64,000 bases of DNA from assembly GCA_973895155.1 (NCBI GenBank), contig OZ316891.1:28879611-28943610 (forward strand), in the 5' to 3' direction. Source of the stretch: Marsupella aquatica. Lineage: Eukaryota; Plantae; Marchantiophyta. Below the pieces are notes generated by a model. The model searched no databases. It was not told the DNA's origin and worked only from the letters and a program-made list of their open reading frames with translations. Numbering within the stretch: the stretch's first letter is position 1; the number at the start of each line of letters is the position of its first letter. The translations under genes were made by a program, and so were the position numbers. This document shows, one piece after another, positions 49,628 through 63,518 of the stretch.

Positions 49628-51025
49628 AGGGGCTTACGGCTTCACTGTAGACTGTAACCCTAGGATCCATCAAGTGATTGTTAAGTGAGACGCATTGGCA
49701 AGAAGGAGATTGCCCCAACAGCAGACTTACCGGCAATCAGTCAGAGCATATAACAAGTTACACGCTGGTTACCGTGTTCACGTGGAATGAGGCATTGGAG
49801 GAATCAAGAGAAAGTGGCAAAGATTGAGCAAAAGATTCGACTATACGAAGAAGAAGTTTGTTGTTTTGTTTTATGTTGCAGCTTTACTTACTAACTTCCT
49901 TCATTGGTGACGGTGGGATTACGCCATGCACGTTGCTGAAGACAGGGAAGGTGGGAGGCATGGAGGATGGGATGGCGACTACTAGGTTTGCCACAATGAT
50001 TTTTTCTGACCCTTACAATAGTTTGTCTTGTACATGAGCGTTGTGTTAGTCAGTGTAACTATTTGGTTAATTTTGATGCATCTTGGTTAATTTTGATGAA
50101 GTTTGGAATTGCTCATCGTTTTGGATTGTAGTGATCCATTTTCTGATGTGTTGAGGAATTGTTGTGGATCTTTGATGGACTTTGAAGGGGCTCTTGTACG
50201 TGCTGAATCCTAAGAGCCATCTTAATGGTCAGGCAATGGATGTGCTGAAAATTAGTAAGATCACTCTCCCAAGCATTATTTAAGGAGAACATCTGAGAAT
50301 TGAGAAGATGACAATAGTCCTGAAAAGCAGGAGGATCAACGACAAGTAGAATCATCACTCTAACCGTCATCATTAATGGACAGCTGAAAGTCTAGACTGG
50401 AGCAATAGGCATTAATTGTAGCAATAGGTACTGTAGTCTGAATCCTGAGACTTAGTACCACGAGGGACCCACCTTTTCTTGCACATAAATCCACCCACCA
50501 ATGGATTCCAATAAATGATGAGCACATTCCCTATGTGTGGACAAAGTCAATTAAGACCATTTCAACCTTACAAATTGCAATTTGTGCTACTTGTGCATTT
50601 GTTACAAAATTCAGGAGTCCTCTATGATGAGACAAAATAAGAGGCCGACATAAATTACAGAGAATAAATGGCTGGTTGATTTCATCTTCAATTTCAGAAA
50701 CTTTAATCACAAACTATCTCTTGTGCAAGCAAACTTTCTCAATGCACTTAAATGCTCCTAGTATGCATATTCTCAACTCAATCATTTGTTATGAACAAGG
50801 ACACATTGCAGAAAGCTAAAGATTATTTATATTTATTTCCCAAAGTTCCAAATGTCACATATGCTACATAATACTCTGAAGTTCACTAAGGCTAGAGTCA
50901 AACTAACTACTTCACTATCTTTCTCCAAAAGGTAGCTATGTGTAACTTTATGAAATCGCTGGAGTACATGGTCAAAACAGTGTTGTCATCATCTATGCTA
51001 CTCAACATGGAGACGTACTGCTGAT

Positions 51026-51991
51026 TCAGAACTTTAAGATTTGTTTAAGCCTCTCCTTAAACTGATTTTCATCAAGGAGCCCATGTTCCTTTGCTTCCTT
51101 CAATAGCACAAGTTTGTGTTTAGCCCTCTTGGCATCCATCAACAAACCTTGCCTGCCAGGAGCATCCTGAAAGTTCTTAGCAATTGAATGTCAAACATCA
51201 TCTGCTTGTTTGTGAAGCATATCTGCCTTCGTTGGTCTGTGACTATTGGCACTTGAATTCGTGGTAGCCTGTGTGGGTCTAGGTTGTGTCTGTGATGCCT
51301 GGCCTACACCTTGTGATGCTGGAATTGGAGTTCTTGGCCCAGAAAATAGGTTAGCTGGTGCTGATGATACCCTGGTCAATGGTGTAGGACCATGAGCACC
51401 TGGACCATGAGTAGCACCCATGGAAGGATTGCGATCAGCTGAAGTTGAAACAACATCAATAAATCCTCGCCTGAGCCTAAAAATATTCCTAGTGGTTGAG
51501 CAATCAGTCGCCCTGAACTCAGAGGCAATAATTTCATCTTGCAATACAGGTGTATGGCCGTCATCTGTAATTCATGTATTCAATTCAGCCAGTTGCTCTC
51601 TAAGATGCTTCCTAAGGGTATCTTCCTCAAATCCAACATTGGGAAATAAAGGCAAGAAGTGCTCAAGATAGACCTTTACCCAGACCTTTTTAGGAATCAT
51701 TTGTTTGGGCACCCGTTTCATCCCTTGACAAAAAATAGCAAACTCAGTCCTATAAGCTTTGACAAGCTGAATCATCTGAAATTCGTCAACAATTGCACGA
51801 GAAGTTGGATTTGGTTTTGCCTTCTTTAGTGGCCTCTGTGGAATCTGCTTTTGAGGGCCCACTTGTTGAGGGGCTACCACTACTGCGTCCTCATATCCGG
51901 CCCCATCCATGTCCTCCTCTGACTCAGATCCGTTCTCCTCCTCAGATCCTGACTGGAATTCATCATAATCCAACGAAGGCGGAGCACTCAT
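51026..51991 (-). pseudogene. Trihelix/Myb-like plus SHOCT-like protein pseudogene (322 codons, two in-frame TGA)
   Basis: The 51572-52054 and 51191-51544 ORFs and a downstream tail are all in one frame: DEFQMIQLVKAY..VWVKVY..TLRKHLRE ... LKEAKEHGLLDENQFKERLKQILKF*. Confidence 0.65.
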
Positions 51992-54900
51992 TATTTGAAT
52001 TCTACCTCCACCATGTGAGATCCTGTCTACCCTGCTAGCTGCAAAGTACAACATGTCAAAGCCTAGACTTAGTACTTAGACAAAAGCTACAAAGCGGGCT
52101 ACAAAGTCAAGCGTGGATTCAACCGACATGCCATAGAAAATGAGTACTTAATTAAGTAAACAAAGAGTACCGAGAGTCCAAAGTTTGTGAGTAGCAAGAG
52201 TAGGCCCCAAAGATTCTTGAGCTAACCACTAAAGTGAAGTGAGTGTCTCAGAATAGCCAGAGTAGGCCCAAAGATTTTGCTTATCTTTTGTCATTCAGTC
52301 AAGCTACAATTAGAGATTTTTCTCGATTAATGATTAGCTTTTCCTTTTCCCCAAAAAATCCATTTCAAGACGGCTCCATCTAGCAAGAGTCTTTTAATTT
52401 TATCACGGACACTAAGATAGACACACTCTGCTAGCTAGACAAGTGATTCATGATGGGTCCTACTTTGCGCACCAAGAAAGAGAAGGCTCTCCTGTGTCTA
52501 TCAATTGCAATCTCAATATACTGCGGTTGGAATTGTTTCAATAGATACTCAAACTGGACAACCAATACTCAAAGTGAACCTTTCCACAGACAGCCAAAAA
52601 GGTCAAGAAACGCACCAATGGTAGCCAAATTGAAGGCAAACAATTCAATCACCATTGTCTAGCCATGCAGCGCTTGTAATGAAAACCTGAACCAGATTGA
52701 AGATATTCTACCTGTGCTTGGATCCATAGCCTTAATCTTGCTCTCGCTCGCTTTTCTTCCCGTCGCTCATCAGCTCCTGATCCCAACTTAGAAAGGGTTC
52801 GGGGCCCGGGAGGAGAAGAGGGGAACAACTGAACGATGCTCTAAACTCATACTCTAACCCGAGTCAACAAACTAAGGTTAAATTCTGTGATTTTTTTTTT
52901 GAGTAAATTTCAGTCCCCAAAAAAGTTTCAAGCGGCATTGGATTGCGGGAAAATGTTGATGCTTAATTTTGGATTCCGTGCACCAATTTTTGCTCATTGC
53001 GCACGACTGGTCCAGGGTTAGACTAATTTACGGATATGTTTGTTTTTGAATACTTTGAACTTTCACTCTACCCATACAGAAATTTGCCATTCAAATTTGC
53101 ATCCACCAGAGCATTTGCATTGTCCAATCTACCTAATAAAAACACGATTGAAAGCTACTTCCTAGGTTTATAGTCTACAGTGAAGCCTCTCGATCGTAAC
53201 CCTAAAAGTGAGGTTGCAGGGATGGGGGCAAAGATGAACAAGAAATAAGGAGGAATCCTTAAGGTTTTTTGGTCTCCTCTCCTATCCCTACTCACATTCA
53301 AGCATCAAGTAATCAGGCTAGTACGTGACAAGAAAAAACTCAGCATTCTATTCAGTTTTACCACTTACATTGCATTCTTGATGAGAAGCCTTTGCACACA
53401 AGGTTTGTCACAAAATGTTCCCACTTCTCTTCACAAAATGAGCACACTTTTGTTTGTACATGATAAGAACTAACAACAAGTTGTTGTTGCAGCACAAGCA
53501 AAATTATTAACTACAAACCCAACTTTAACTAATTGGCAGTATATAAGACTGTCCAACAACTATATCTTCTCTGTGTACATTTAATCCTCACAAATAACAA
53601 CACTACTACAAACCCAAGTTTAATTTGTAACAAGTCTGCTAGTGCTAGGAGACCACCCAGGTGTCTCAAGCTATGGATCCGAGAATGCTCTGAAATCATA
53701 TCTTGATTGTGGGCCCTTGAACTGATGTCCAGCAGAACTAGTGTCTCTGAAGGTCACCTCCCTCGTAGGATGACTTGAGCTTTGGAAGTCAATCAACCTC
53801 CCTCTACTTCCACTTAGATTTGTTAACATGGGGTTTTCCTGCTAGTCACAAGCTCCCTAGTTTGTGTAGCGACTTGCAATGGATCATCGACGGGATCATG
53901 AGTTCTTGATGGCCATTCAGGCAAAGGTATTTCCCTCATATATAGTTCTGGAGAACTACCACCCTTGGACCAAACATTGGTATGTTATGTTTTGGCCCCC
54001 AACCCAAGGGCTTAGCATGATTTGTAGGACCTGCCCTCTTGTTTGCACATAGGCGCCAAAACATTGATTGCGAGCCGCCTCACAGCCTGCAAACAGAGTT
54101 TGAGCCAAGAGTCATGCCCTCCTAAATGCTCAGGTCTAGTGGTCCAGATGTCCATGTGACCATTACTGAGGCAAGGGCTGGTCCAAACATGTGGCGGACT
54201 TCAGGTCTAGGCACACTCAGCCTGTGCTCCCGACTCCTTCCAAGTGTGACCAGGAAGAGAAACCCAACGGTCCAGGCGTCGAGTGACTTCTGAGTACAGG
54301 TGTGGAGCCCAAAGTGCCCACAACTTCAATAATCAGGCCCTGATATGAGATCTCAATGTCTATTGTGGATATGCCTTATAGCATTGCAATTGGACTGACT
54401 CTTGGCTCATTTCAAGGCTATACATCAACTTCTTGAGATTGACTTCTCATGCCTTTGCTTCCTTAACTAGAGAGTACTTGCAAACTAAATACATTTATTC
54501 TCACACAAATAGGAGCAATACTACAAACCCATCGATCTTTAGTTGGCAGGATAGAAGATTGTCCAACAATTACATCAAAGCTTTGCACATAGCCCAACTC
54601 TAGAGCACATCATCATCATCATCATCACGATCATTATCAAGTCCACAATACAATACATTCTTGAAGGCCTAATTAAGTCAAATTTATTCAAAACCTTTGT
54701 TGTAAGTTTAAATGATAGATGTAGTCTCCATTCCACGCTTAACGAATTTTGAACCTTGTAATTGGGGCAAACAAGCGACCAAAAGTAGAAGACCCATTGG
54801 CAGTACCAACATGGCGCCAAATGAGATACGATGACAGAACTCACACTAGCGTCCTTTTGATAAACATAATCAGAGTGAGAAGCACAAAGAAAAACATCAC

Positions 54901-55303
54901 AACATTGTGAAACCCTTTTGCACAATTTGCGTGAAAGTAACCTAATGACAACCATAGCACAATTAAAACTTGAAATGAACCATTTCAAACCCAAAGACAT
55001 GAACAAAATGTTGCAACAAAAGTGTCAGAGTGGGCCTAGTTCATAACAAAAGTTTTGTAGTGGCCTATCACATAAACTTAGTTTGTAACAAAAGTTTTGT
55101 AGGGGCCCATCACATAAACTTGTTATGACAAGGCTCCCATCAAGCATGTACCTCGGCATAATAGGCCATATCGCCCAGAAAATGCGGGCTGTAGCTCAAG
55201 TTCTGAGGGGCTACCTTTGCCCACAATGCTCTCATATCAGGGCATTAATACAACTATAAAGGAGTGTATATGGATGATGAGTACCCTTGCTCCCACGGCC
55301 CAC

Positions 55304-55544
55304 CTCGGGGGTCTCACTATATGGATGCCTCCCCATCCCCTGTGGCGTTTTTAGGCCTCGAACCCCCTAAAATGTAAGAAATTTTGGTTAGAAAGACCCT
55401 AATGTTCTAATAAGTCTCAAAATTGAATTTAAAAGACCTTGTTGTTCTTTTGCAAAAATTCTTACGTCTTCCCTTCAAACCAATAAAATGACCATATCCT
55501 TCCTCGCACATGATGTGCCATTTTTGTGGAAGTGAAACCCCGAG
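55304..55544 (-). mobile_element. MITE, CTCGGGG-terminus family, copy 2 (8-bp TSD CGGCCCAC)
   Basis: CTCGGGGGTCTCAC.../...GTGAAACCCCGAG. CGGCCCAC at 55296-55303 and 55545-55552. Confidence 0.92.
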
Positions 55545-56408
55545 CGGCCCACCACTCATGTAGCCAATGAGAAGGGGATGCTCGGGTGAATGGAGGCATT
55601 GTTCCCTGCTCCCAACCCTTGACTGGGAGTCACCCCAGTTTCAAACAACTGTCAAACCCTCCAGCACGGGCTGATTGGTTGCAACCCATACAGTAGAAAA
55701 CTTTAACAATAGTCTGGGTAAACTTTCTGACAAAAATTGAGGACTGCCAGGGCAAATTGTTGCCCTTGTCCTGGGTGGTCATTCACATAGTGCCCCTACG
55801 ACCTTGCTTCTCTTTGTATCAAAGTGCCCAAGGGCAAAAAATGCCGAACTGGGCCACATGAGCCCAATGGCAAAGCAACCCAATGATGGGGAGGAGAAGA
55901 GGGGAAAGGGCCCCAAGACTCTGGAAGTGCCAGCACTCCTTGAGAGTGCAGCACTCCTCACGCATGGAACCTACCTCTTAAGAATATTTTTACTCCTCCT
56001 AGTTTTAGCAACACTAGAGGAGAACTTTCCTAATTCCTCGTTCCAAACCTGGATTGTGCCTTCTTGTCCATATAAGCACAGAATCACAAAGCCAAAAATC
56101 ACTAAGACTAAAAATTCTGGTGAAAGTCTCCAGACCTTCCCAGCAACACCTTCGAAAGCTCCTGCTGCTGCGGCAACCATCGATACAGCAGGCACACTAG
56201 AGGAAGGTAGTACACGGGAAGGGAGAGACCCAACACCCAACCGTGTTTCTTCAGATCGGGAAGTCGGGATACTACTGTAATGTAAAGCTTGTCTGTCAGT
56301 GCACGAAGAGCGACGAGTGTGAGAGTGTGAGAGTGTGAGAGACTCTTGCTTGCCGGCAGCAAGCCAAACCCGCATTTGACGACCTGGATTGACTATCGAA
56401 AAAAATGT

Positions 56409-56592
56409 CGGTCAATCTGGCAGCTGGGTTCTAATCTGGTTTCTTCTCCTCTTTACTCGCCTATATTGGGTCTACTTCCTTTCGGATCGTGTCTCAGGTT
56501 GGTCAATCTGGCAGCTGGATTCTAATCTGGTTCCTTCTCCTATTTTCTCCCCTTCATTGGGTCCCTGCCTTTCGGATCGTGTCTCCAGGTTT
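56409..56592. repeat. ~92-bp tandem duplication upstream of LCB1
   Basis: GGTCAATCTGGCAGCTGG(G/A)TTCTAATCTGGTT..CCTTTCGGATCGTGTCTC occurs twice. Confidence 0.9.
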
Positions 56593-57075
56593 GGCGAATA
56601 TTGTTTTTTGGCAGTGTGATATATTCAGTTGTGAGCCTTCTGTTTTTTGGCAGTGCTAAATCTGATTCTCGCGTTTACGGCATTGTCTGCTTGGCCTTCC
56701 TACTCTTCAGTCCTCCTGTTTCTCCTCCTTGCGTGCTGGGTCAGCTCCGGAGGTACCTATGAAGACACTAGTGTAGTTTTGGCCTGCTGAGTTGGGCTGG
56801 TGGTGGTCAGAATAGAGAAATCTAATAGCACAAGTGTTTGTGAAGCACTGGAGTGGGGGCTAGAATTTCAGCTGTCAATTTTGGTTGTCCTCCGTAGTGC
56901 TGCCGATTCGATGCACGATTTCATGCTTGCTGGGGCACCGACGTGCATTCTTGGGTTGGCTGGTCTCCCTGCCTGCCGCTTCGGCAATCGGAGAACTTAC
57001 CTGTGTGAGTGAGGTTTTGCAAAGAGGCACCCGGGAGGTGGGGGGAAGAGGCAGGGACGAAGAAAGAGACTGATA

Positions 57076-60000
57076 ATGGCAAGCAGTTTCGTGGATTCGG
57101 TGGTGGCGTTCTTCGACGAGCCTCTTTCAACTGCAGTCGTCTTAGGAATCAAATTGGATGGTAAGCCCTGTTTTGTGCTAAGTTGTGCAGGTTATTTTCC
57201 GCTAGTTCTTGTTGTGGGATTGCTTTCATGACCCTGAGATAAATGTTATTCATTTTGTTAGGGGAGTTCTGTGGGCAAACCTCTTAGGGCCAAAGGGCAC
57301 ACTTGTTTGTCTTAGGTCCTCCGGCCAGAAATGGCTTTACCGCGCACGATACCCGAATACGTCCCTGCGCACTAGGTGGTGCCACCCATGCCCCCCCCCC
57401 CCGTGCTCAATGGGCCATAGGTTATGCGTCTGGCCTTTGCCAAAAGAGGTTCGGCAAAGGTCGTTGACCGGCGGCCTGGCAATCCCCGCCTAGTCGGATA
57501 ATCGGATTTAAATACGGTCGGTTTCGAGTGAGTTCTTTGTTGAATGCTCTGTATCCGTAGGAGGGAAAGCTGGTCAATGCTTATCAGATTTTGTGCAATT
57601 TGAAGAGACGGATTGTCTGCGATTGCTGTTTTCAGGGCATCTGCTGATCGAGATAGTCCTTGTCGCTGCCATTGTGTTTCTGCTGCTCCAAAAGAGTTAC
57701 CAACCGGAAAAAAGGCCTCTGACAGAGCACGTAAGTTGCTATTCAGGTTTGCCTTTCAATTTGGGCAGTATAGAGGGCTCAGTTACGAAATATTACGGTC
57801 GAAGAAATGTTGATTAGATCTTGGTTGAAATCTCTGAAGAGGTTTTTACATCTTACAGTCCATTTCTTTGAACAGGAAATCGACCAACTTTGTGATGAGT
57901 GGGTTCCCGAGCCCTTGCACCCTCCCATCACTGAAGAAATGAACGTGAGAACTCCAGTTTTGGAAAGGTAAGCCGGGTGCTAATGCCAAGTCTTTACCTG
58001 CGAAAGAAATTTTGCTCACTTCTTGTGCCTGCCATCCGTGCCCAATTGTTGCGGGACCAAGATTGTTCTTGGATTGTGAACCCTAGAAGCACGTGTTCAT
58101 GGTTTTTGCAAAAACCTATTATGCAAAGGCACCCACAATAGTGACGAGCTTTAATGGTATCAAAGGAAGATACACCAGCTGGGCAGTCTGAGACCAAAAT
58201 GTGAAGACTGATGTGCGTCACGCATTATAACTGCAACAAAAGATTGTAGACTCAGGGTTTTGCCTTCGTCATAACTTGGGGCAGGGTTTGTCCATCCTAA
58301 TTCAACTATCATTCTTGTGAGATAGAATAATAAATGCTGTCGTAAGACGGAACAAAGAAATTATTTTTTCAACTGGCATTGAGTTCTACATGTGCCAGCT
58401 TTGTGAATTTTGGTCCAGTCTTTGGACTACTATTACTCAAGGAAACAGCGAGCAATTATTTCGATGTGCTGCAGTGCTGCAGGTCCGCATACAGTGATAA
58501 ATGGTAAAGATGTTTTGAATCTTGCGACAGCCAATTACCTGGGTCTAACAGGGCATCCAAGAATCGAAGTAACGATCAATCCTTATACATCAGGGCGCTT
58601 GTTTTCTTAAATCAAAGATTTTCCACGAGATTGAATTGAAGGCAAATTCGTTTTCTAGTGCATGCACACGACACTAGCCCTCTCTTTCGAATGGGGAATA
58701 ATGATCTACCTGTTGTGGCTGTTGTGCGGGCTTGCAGGAAGCTTGTGTTGATTCGTTGGATAAGTATGGAGTGGGTGCTTGTGGCCCTCGTGGATTTTAT
58801 GGGACAATCGGTGAGTCACCTCACCCTGAGCTTCTCACTGTGCCTCAATGAGACTACTGCCAAGGCATCAATTTTCTAGGTTGATTTTTACTGATGCACT
58901 GACGGAGAGGTTGGAATGCCGGTCCTGAATCACTGGGAAATTTCTGATTGCTTCTCTTTGGCGTTCTAGATGTGCATCTCGATCTTGAGGCAAAGCTGGC
59001 ACAGTTCTTAGGAACTTCTAGCTCTATCCTGTACGCGTATGGGCTTGCTACAGTTCCAAGTGTGATACCTGCCTTTGCCAAGCGCGGGGACCTGATATTT
59101 GCGTAAGTCTTCTTGCCCGCGTTTACATTATGAAGTAATTTCTCCAGTAGTTCTGATCACCTGATGGGTTAGAGACTCCGGGCTATTGTGTCCATTTCCA
59201 GTTGCCTCAAGCTACTTGATTTGACTTTCCATCTGTTTGAATCTTTTGGATTGCAGTGACGAAGGTGTCCATTGGGGTATTCAGAATGGGCTATCTTTAT
59301 CAAGAAGTACGGTTAGATTTTTCAGACATAATGACATGAAACATCTGGAGTCGCTGCTTGAGGAAGTGATGAAAGAAGATAAGCGCAAGAAAAAGGCCTT
59401 GAACCGACGATACATTGTGGTGGAAGCTATTTACCAGGTGTGTTTAGCAAACATCGACTGTGGCCTTGGTTTCTTGAGCGAGGTTGATGTCAAGGACTTT
59501 CTTGTTTCGAATGCTCCTTCATTGCAAATTGCTTGACTCTTTGTCATGGGAGAGGCGTCTCCAGACTGTTTAGCGATGCCTGTAGGTAGTTCAGGATATC
59601 CCAATGGAATATCTATCAACTCCTGTAAACAGTCCTCTCTAATAGTGAGGACGTTCAAATTTTGATTTTGCATTTTACTCTTGTAGAGTTTTGAGCAGCG
59701 ACCCTTAAATCTTAATCAAATTCGTTCGCATATATGTTACTCCTGCAGAGCTCAGGAATGATGGTCCCACTGGATGAGCTCATTCGACTCAAAGAAAAGT
59801 ACAAGTTTAGGATTCTGGTTGACGAGAGCAATTCACTCGGAGTTCTGGGTGAGACAGGCCGTGGTATCACTGAACACTTTAATGTACCTGTGAGTTTTTT
59901 TACTCTCCTTCCTGTGAGCAAGTGTTCTCGCCTTTGTTTTAGTTGGGTTCACATGCCGTGGATGAGAGCAATGACAAGACCGCAACATTATCAGCTGTAT

Positions 60001-61601
60001 TGCAGTTCAGTGACTTGCTTAGTACATACACCGACAATGGGGAAGCTCGATAACGTCCGGCCATGATTTCTTGTTTTCCTTATTCTTAATTACAATACAA
60101 GAAACGGCCGAATCTAAACTGGGGGCCACTAGGCCCAGACTCATCCCGAGGGACCACTGGACCGGTACCCGTCCTGGGCTATGGCAGCTGATGATTTTTT
60201 GTTTCATAAAAAAAAATCACAACTCGTGCTGATGCCTTAATGTGCTCACAGTGCATATCGTTGGCAGTCAAGATCCCTTTTTCCTGAAGGATGGCTCCCA
60301 CCGTTTGAGTGGAACCCTCTTTTAAGTATGCAAGGGGTTTGGGATCTAACTTTTAGCTTTGGTCTCTTAACTTGGGCAGGTGGACAAAGTTGACATTCTG
60401 GCAGCTGCGATGGGACATGCACTAGCGTCGATAGGAGGATTGTGCACAGGCAGTAACAAAGTTGTCGATCATCAGGTTTGTTGGAAATCTTCAATACATA
60501 TATTCCGCACGCTTATACCACATTCAATCTTGTCTGTGAAATAGAATCATTTCAACGCACCTTGGCTGCCAACCAACGCCTTCACATTTCATGCTTCCTG
60601 TTTACATAGAAGAGAGATTTCAATGGTACGGCATCCATGTTACTGGTCTAGCAGAATGCAAGAATTTTGCATCACCAGTCTGTTATCAGGTAGATTCACA
60701 ATTTTGGTCTTTTGGCTCTTTCAGCGTCTTAGTGGCGCAGGATATGTATTCTCAGCCTCTCTACCGCCTTACTTGGCAACTGGAGCTTTGATGGCTATCA
60801 AGATGATTGAAGAAAATCCGGATCTTCTTGTTAACCTGCGACGAAACGTGATTGCGTTTCGGAAAAGTGAGTAATTGTTCGTATTTTCCATCCATTGCTT
60901 TGATCCCTTTTGGTATGACAGGCCAAGATATCGTCGTTGAAATACATGAAATGAGGCTTCTTCAGTTCAATGGTTCTTTGCGTCGAGCTTTTCGATGCAG
61001 TCTCACTGGAGCAAGGTTGGCGTTGTTACAAGATGGTACTAGCAATATGAAATCATTCCTTACTTTCACAACTTGGATACCTTTCCAGGTTTATCTGGAA
61101 TTCCAGAGCTTGTGTTGGGTGGGCATGAGCTGTCCCCTGTTATTTATCTTTTCCTGAAGAATCCAGGCTCAGAGAAGAGCAATGCTTACGTCTTGCAGAA
61201 GATTGTAGATCAGGTATTTTCACAAAATTTCCCAACTCTTTAGTCTGGCTCCGTAGAGTTTTAATTAGGTGATTAAATGTCTGAGGACTGATTTTTCACA
61301 AGAATGCCGTTCTAGCGGTGAGTATGGAATGCCAATTCTTTCTTGATTTTGCTATGTCTAATTTGAACGTGTCTGGATTTTAATATTTTCTTACGAAGAT
61401 GTGTGCCGGTGGATTTTGTAGATGCTAGAGCACGAATCAGTACTAGTGACCAGTAGCAAACGATCTGTGCTGGATAAGTGCAAGTTACCGTCTGGCATCA
61501 AGATACTTGTTTCTGCTGCACACACAGAAGAGGAGCTCCTTTCAGCTTCAGCATCGCTGAGACACGTTGTACAAGCAGTTTTGCAACCATCCACATTTTA
61601 G
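57076..61601 (+). CDS. LCB1: Serine palmitoyltransferase subunit 1 (long chain base biosynthesis 1), 12 exons: 57076-57160, 57636-57730, 57876-57967, 58475-58568, 58738-58810, 58970-59102, 59257-59437, 59749-59889, 60380-60475, 60725-60866, 61089-61213, 61422-61601
   Basis: Motifs [69 protein letters not shown] (no PLP lysine, so LCB1 not LCB2) and [12 protein letters not shown]. All introns GT-AG. Confidence 0.95.
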
Positions 61602-62578
61602 TATCGACAAGTCTTGGGCTAGCATTCAAAGAAAATGTGTTGTTAGGATAGTCAAGGTTGAGCGCGCTGATTGTCTAAGATGTTGGTCTGGTTTTGCCAT
61701 TCAAAGCCAATTTTTGTAAATTATTTGTACTGATGAATTCTGGTTTGAGTATGTAGCGGTTCTTCAGCCCAATGAACTAGACACAGGATCTTGTGTTTGG
61801 GTACTAAAGGTGTGAAATGCAGCGAGCACAAATTCATGGAATATTTACAGTCATCACTGACTTGGAGTTTCTGCTGATTTTAACACGTTATATTTAATGG
61901 TCGAGACTCCATTGGGCATCCCCAAGTCTTTGGGATACATACGAATGGCTACCTAAAGCCCATCTCAGGTTTTATGCAAGATCTGCCCTCGTGGTGGCTT
62001 TGGGTTGAGGTGAGAAGAAACCCAAAGGCACAGGATTGTCTCCGAGTGCAGGGGAGAGGTCTTATAAGACTCTATCTTGCTAATCTAGGTGACCAATTGG
62101 ACCTCAATTCGCTGGACCATTTCTTTCCTTCTTTTATGGCAGAGTGACTTCTTGAGCCTCGCTTGGCATTTAAATGACCCCATTTGAAATTGTGGAGTCC
62201 GAATGATTTCCATCAACTGGGAAAGAAGATTCATGGCAGGACGGAACTTTGTTCTATTAATTCCACTTGTCTCAAACAAGTCGAGAGGGGAATCTCAGTT
62301 TCACCTCTTGTCTTCAAAGCATTTTAGAGAAACACAAATTATAGATTGAAATGCAAAAATGATACTCCAATGGACCACAATGTAGGTCTTTTGAAGGCCC
62401 CATGGACCACATTTCCCCAAATTTGAGTTTAATTGTAATAACTTGAGTTTCATGTATTAAAATATTGTTTACTTTGAGGATGTGCTGGAGGAGAATGTAA
62501 GCTACACTTCCATCAAAGTGACATAGTATTTTTGGCCATTTTGGTAGAGTTATCCTTCATGGAATGGGGAGGGGTAAG

Positions 62579-62756
62579 TTCTATTAGATAATTTTCATTG
62601 TGTTTATATGAAATACTAGGGTTTAGGTTTGTCTCCTTCTCTAGTTGCCTTGTAGGTGATAAGGATAAATTCTATTAGATAATTTTCATTGTGTTTATAT
62701 GAAATATTAGGGCTTATGTTTGTCTCCTTCTCTAGTTACCCCTTGTAGGTGATAAA
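62579..62756. repeat. ~91-bp tandem duplication
   Basis: TTCTATTAGATAATTTTCATTGTGTTTATATGAAATA..TTTGTCTCCTTCTCTAGTT..CCTTGTAGGTGATAA occurs twice. Confidence 0.9.
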
Positions 62757-63518
62757 CAAAAAATTATTTTAAGACTCATAATCATCAAGCTACAAGCACT
62801 AAACTCCAAGGACCACCACAATGTAGTTCACAGGAGCATTGTGTCCAACATGGTGGTCCATCTGGGCTTCATTTTCACAGAAACGCATTTGTCTTAAAGC
62901 ATTTTAAAATGACACAAAAAGAAAAGGCAATGGACAAAAGCCTAACTGACACTGTTTCCATGTGTGTAGTCAGTATGATCCTTTGTCCTTTTCTTGGAGG
63001 TCTGTCACCTTCCTCCTCATCATTCTAATATTTTCCCTTTCAAATATCCTAAGAGGTAAAGAGGGGCAGGCCAAGGGGGAGAGACTTGGAAAACCCATCA
63101 ATCTTGGGAAAAACCCCCATTCTATTTTTTGATGTCAAAGCTGTAAAAGCAAAACATAAACCTAGGCAATTTTGGTAGGCTTTGGTTCCCTTTAACAAGC
63201 ACGGTCACCCACCTCCTTGTCATACTACAAAAATGATAAGCAAATAATTTCCACGGGCACTCATTTTTGGTGTGGGGGTCTTATTTCTGGCAAGTGTGCA
63301 GTAATTCTTCAATTGTTTACAATCAGCTCAAATGGCATGCAGTACTTACTTGATCTAGGGCTTCTTTGTTAGCTTGTTGTACCCCTCGGGACAACAACAA
63401 TTGGAAGTATGTTGTAGCCATGTCATCCATGCCAACGAGGCACCTTAGTTTGCAAATGCTACCTGACCAGTAATCTCGTTTCTAACATCTCAAATCATTC
63501 GTGAATACTAGTCTTACC

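Noticed and set aside
51026-51991. Selenocysteine or RNA-editing rescue of in-frame TGA codons
   Set aside because: Land plants lack Sec machinery and U-to-C editing is organellar. CpG deamination is the simpler explanation.
53630-54480. MuDR/SWIM transposase remnant between ~55-bp direct repeats
   Set aside because: Only scattered Cys/His residues in stop-ridden frames, too weak to call.
48680-55583. Single large Harbinger bounded by GAGCATCCCC (48680) and GGGGATGCTC (55574-55583)
   Set aside because: Only 10 bp match and the right side is followed by GGG rather than TTA. The alternative GATGCTC-TAA at ~52835 has only 7 bp and a mismatched TSD.
57270-57460. MITE in LCB1 intron 1
   Set aside because: An imperfect inverted repeat (AACCTCTT/AAGAGGTT) is present, but termini and TSD could not be defined.
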